This document shows positions 63,711 through 64,000 of a stretch of DNA of 64,000 bases, piece after piece. The stretch lies in the NCBI GenBank assembly GCA_965217185.1, contig OZ244252.1, forward strand, positions 2,912,001 to 2,976,000, in the 5' to 3' direction. Numbering within the stretch: the stretch's first letter is position 1; every line of letters begins with the position of its first letter. Below the pieces are notes generated by a model, which worked only from the letters and a program-made list of their open reading frames with translations, made no database searches and had not been told where the DNA came from. Made by a program: the position numbers and the translations under genes. This DNA comes from an uncultured Candidatus Entotheonella sp. (lineage in GTDB: Bacteria > Tectomicrobia > Entotheonellia > Entotheonellales > Entotheonellaceae).

Positions 63711-64000
63711 GTGTCGACGCGTAGCTATTCGGCAAGCTTGAGCCAGTCGCAGGGGCGGTCGGGATACTCGATTATCTTTCGGCATCCGGCGAGGCGGGAC
63801 GAGACGACAGGAAAGCTAGGGATCAGGGTCCGGCGGGGTTTGGGCACCCGCGACAAGACGGAGGCCGAGCAACTCCGGGATGAGCTCAACCAAATTCTCG
63901 CGGATCCCAGATACCGCGATCCGGCGGCCCGGCTCGAGGCCGAGCAACGGTTCGATCCTCGCGTCGTTGACATATACTTCCACAAGATGAGTCGAGAGGA
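63711..64000 (+). CDS. 5' part of an uncharacterised protein running off the window (not in the ORF track)
   Basis: AAGGAG SD, GTG at 63711, open to the end: MSTRSYSASLSQSQGRSGYSIIFRHPARRDETTGKLGIRVRRGLGTRDKTEAEQLRDELNQIL... Confidence 0.75.
   Translation, partial: MSTRSYSASLSQSQGRSGYSIIFRHPARRDETTGKLGIRVRRGLGTRDKTEAEQLRDELNQILADPRYRDPAARLEAEQRFDPRVVDIYFHKMSRE

Overview
GC-rich bacterial chromosomal window, mostly housekeeping and metabolic genes. The gene mix suggests an uncultured Gram-negative organism such as Ca. Tectomicrobia, but that is an impression only. Left to right it holds: the 3' part of glyS, a Phd/VapC toxin-antitoxin pair, an Ldh_2 oxidoreductase, an IS inserted into a palindromic repeat, and an XDH-family molybdoenzyme/MoaD/IlvD-like cluster. 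Next is a lower-GC mobile patch (DUF3015 + frameshifted DUF4105 barrel protein, gene remnant, MITE, IS4-superfamily IS, IS3 relic). It is followed by cca, murU-amgK-comF, HDAC-iscS-iscU, a stand-alone nuoB-C-I-D cluster whose NuoB has a triple-repeat tail, a liv ABC operon, CIRCE-groES-groEL-degP, fccAB and an orphan cbbQ/cbbO-type pair. The right end has a sigma54-type nitrate operon (NRT2/NarK, fused NirB-NirD, fused 4x[4Fe-4S]-DmsC anchor, Nas-type reductase) and the 5' end of an unlisted ORF. The most interesting candidate system is this apparently membrane-anchored, quinol-linked, cytoplasmic Nas-type nitrate reductase. Three frameshifts may be assembly errors. No rRNA, intact tRNA or CRISPR array was seen. 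All family calls come from motif recognition by eye; no searches were run.
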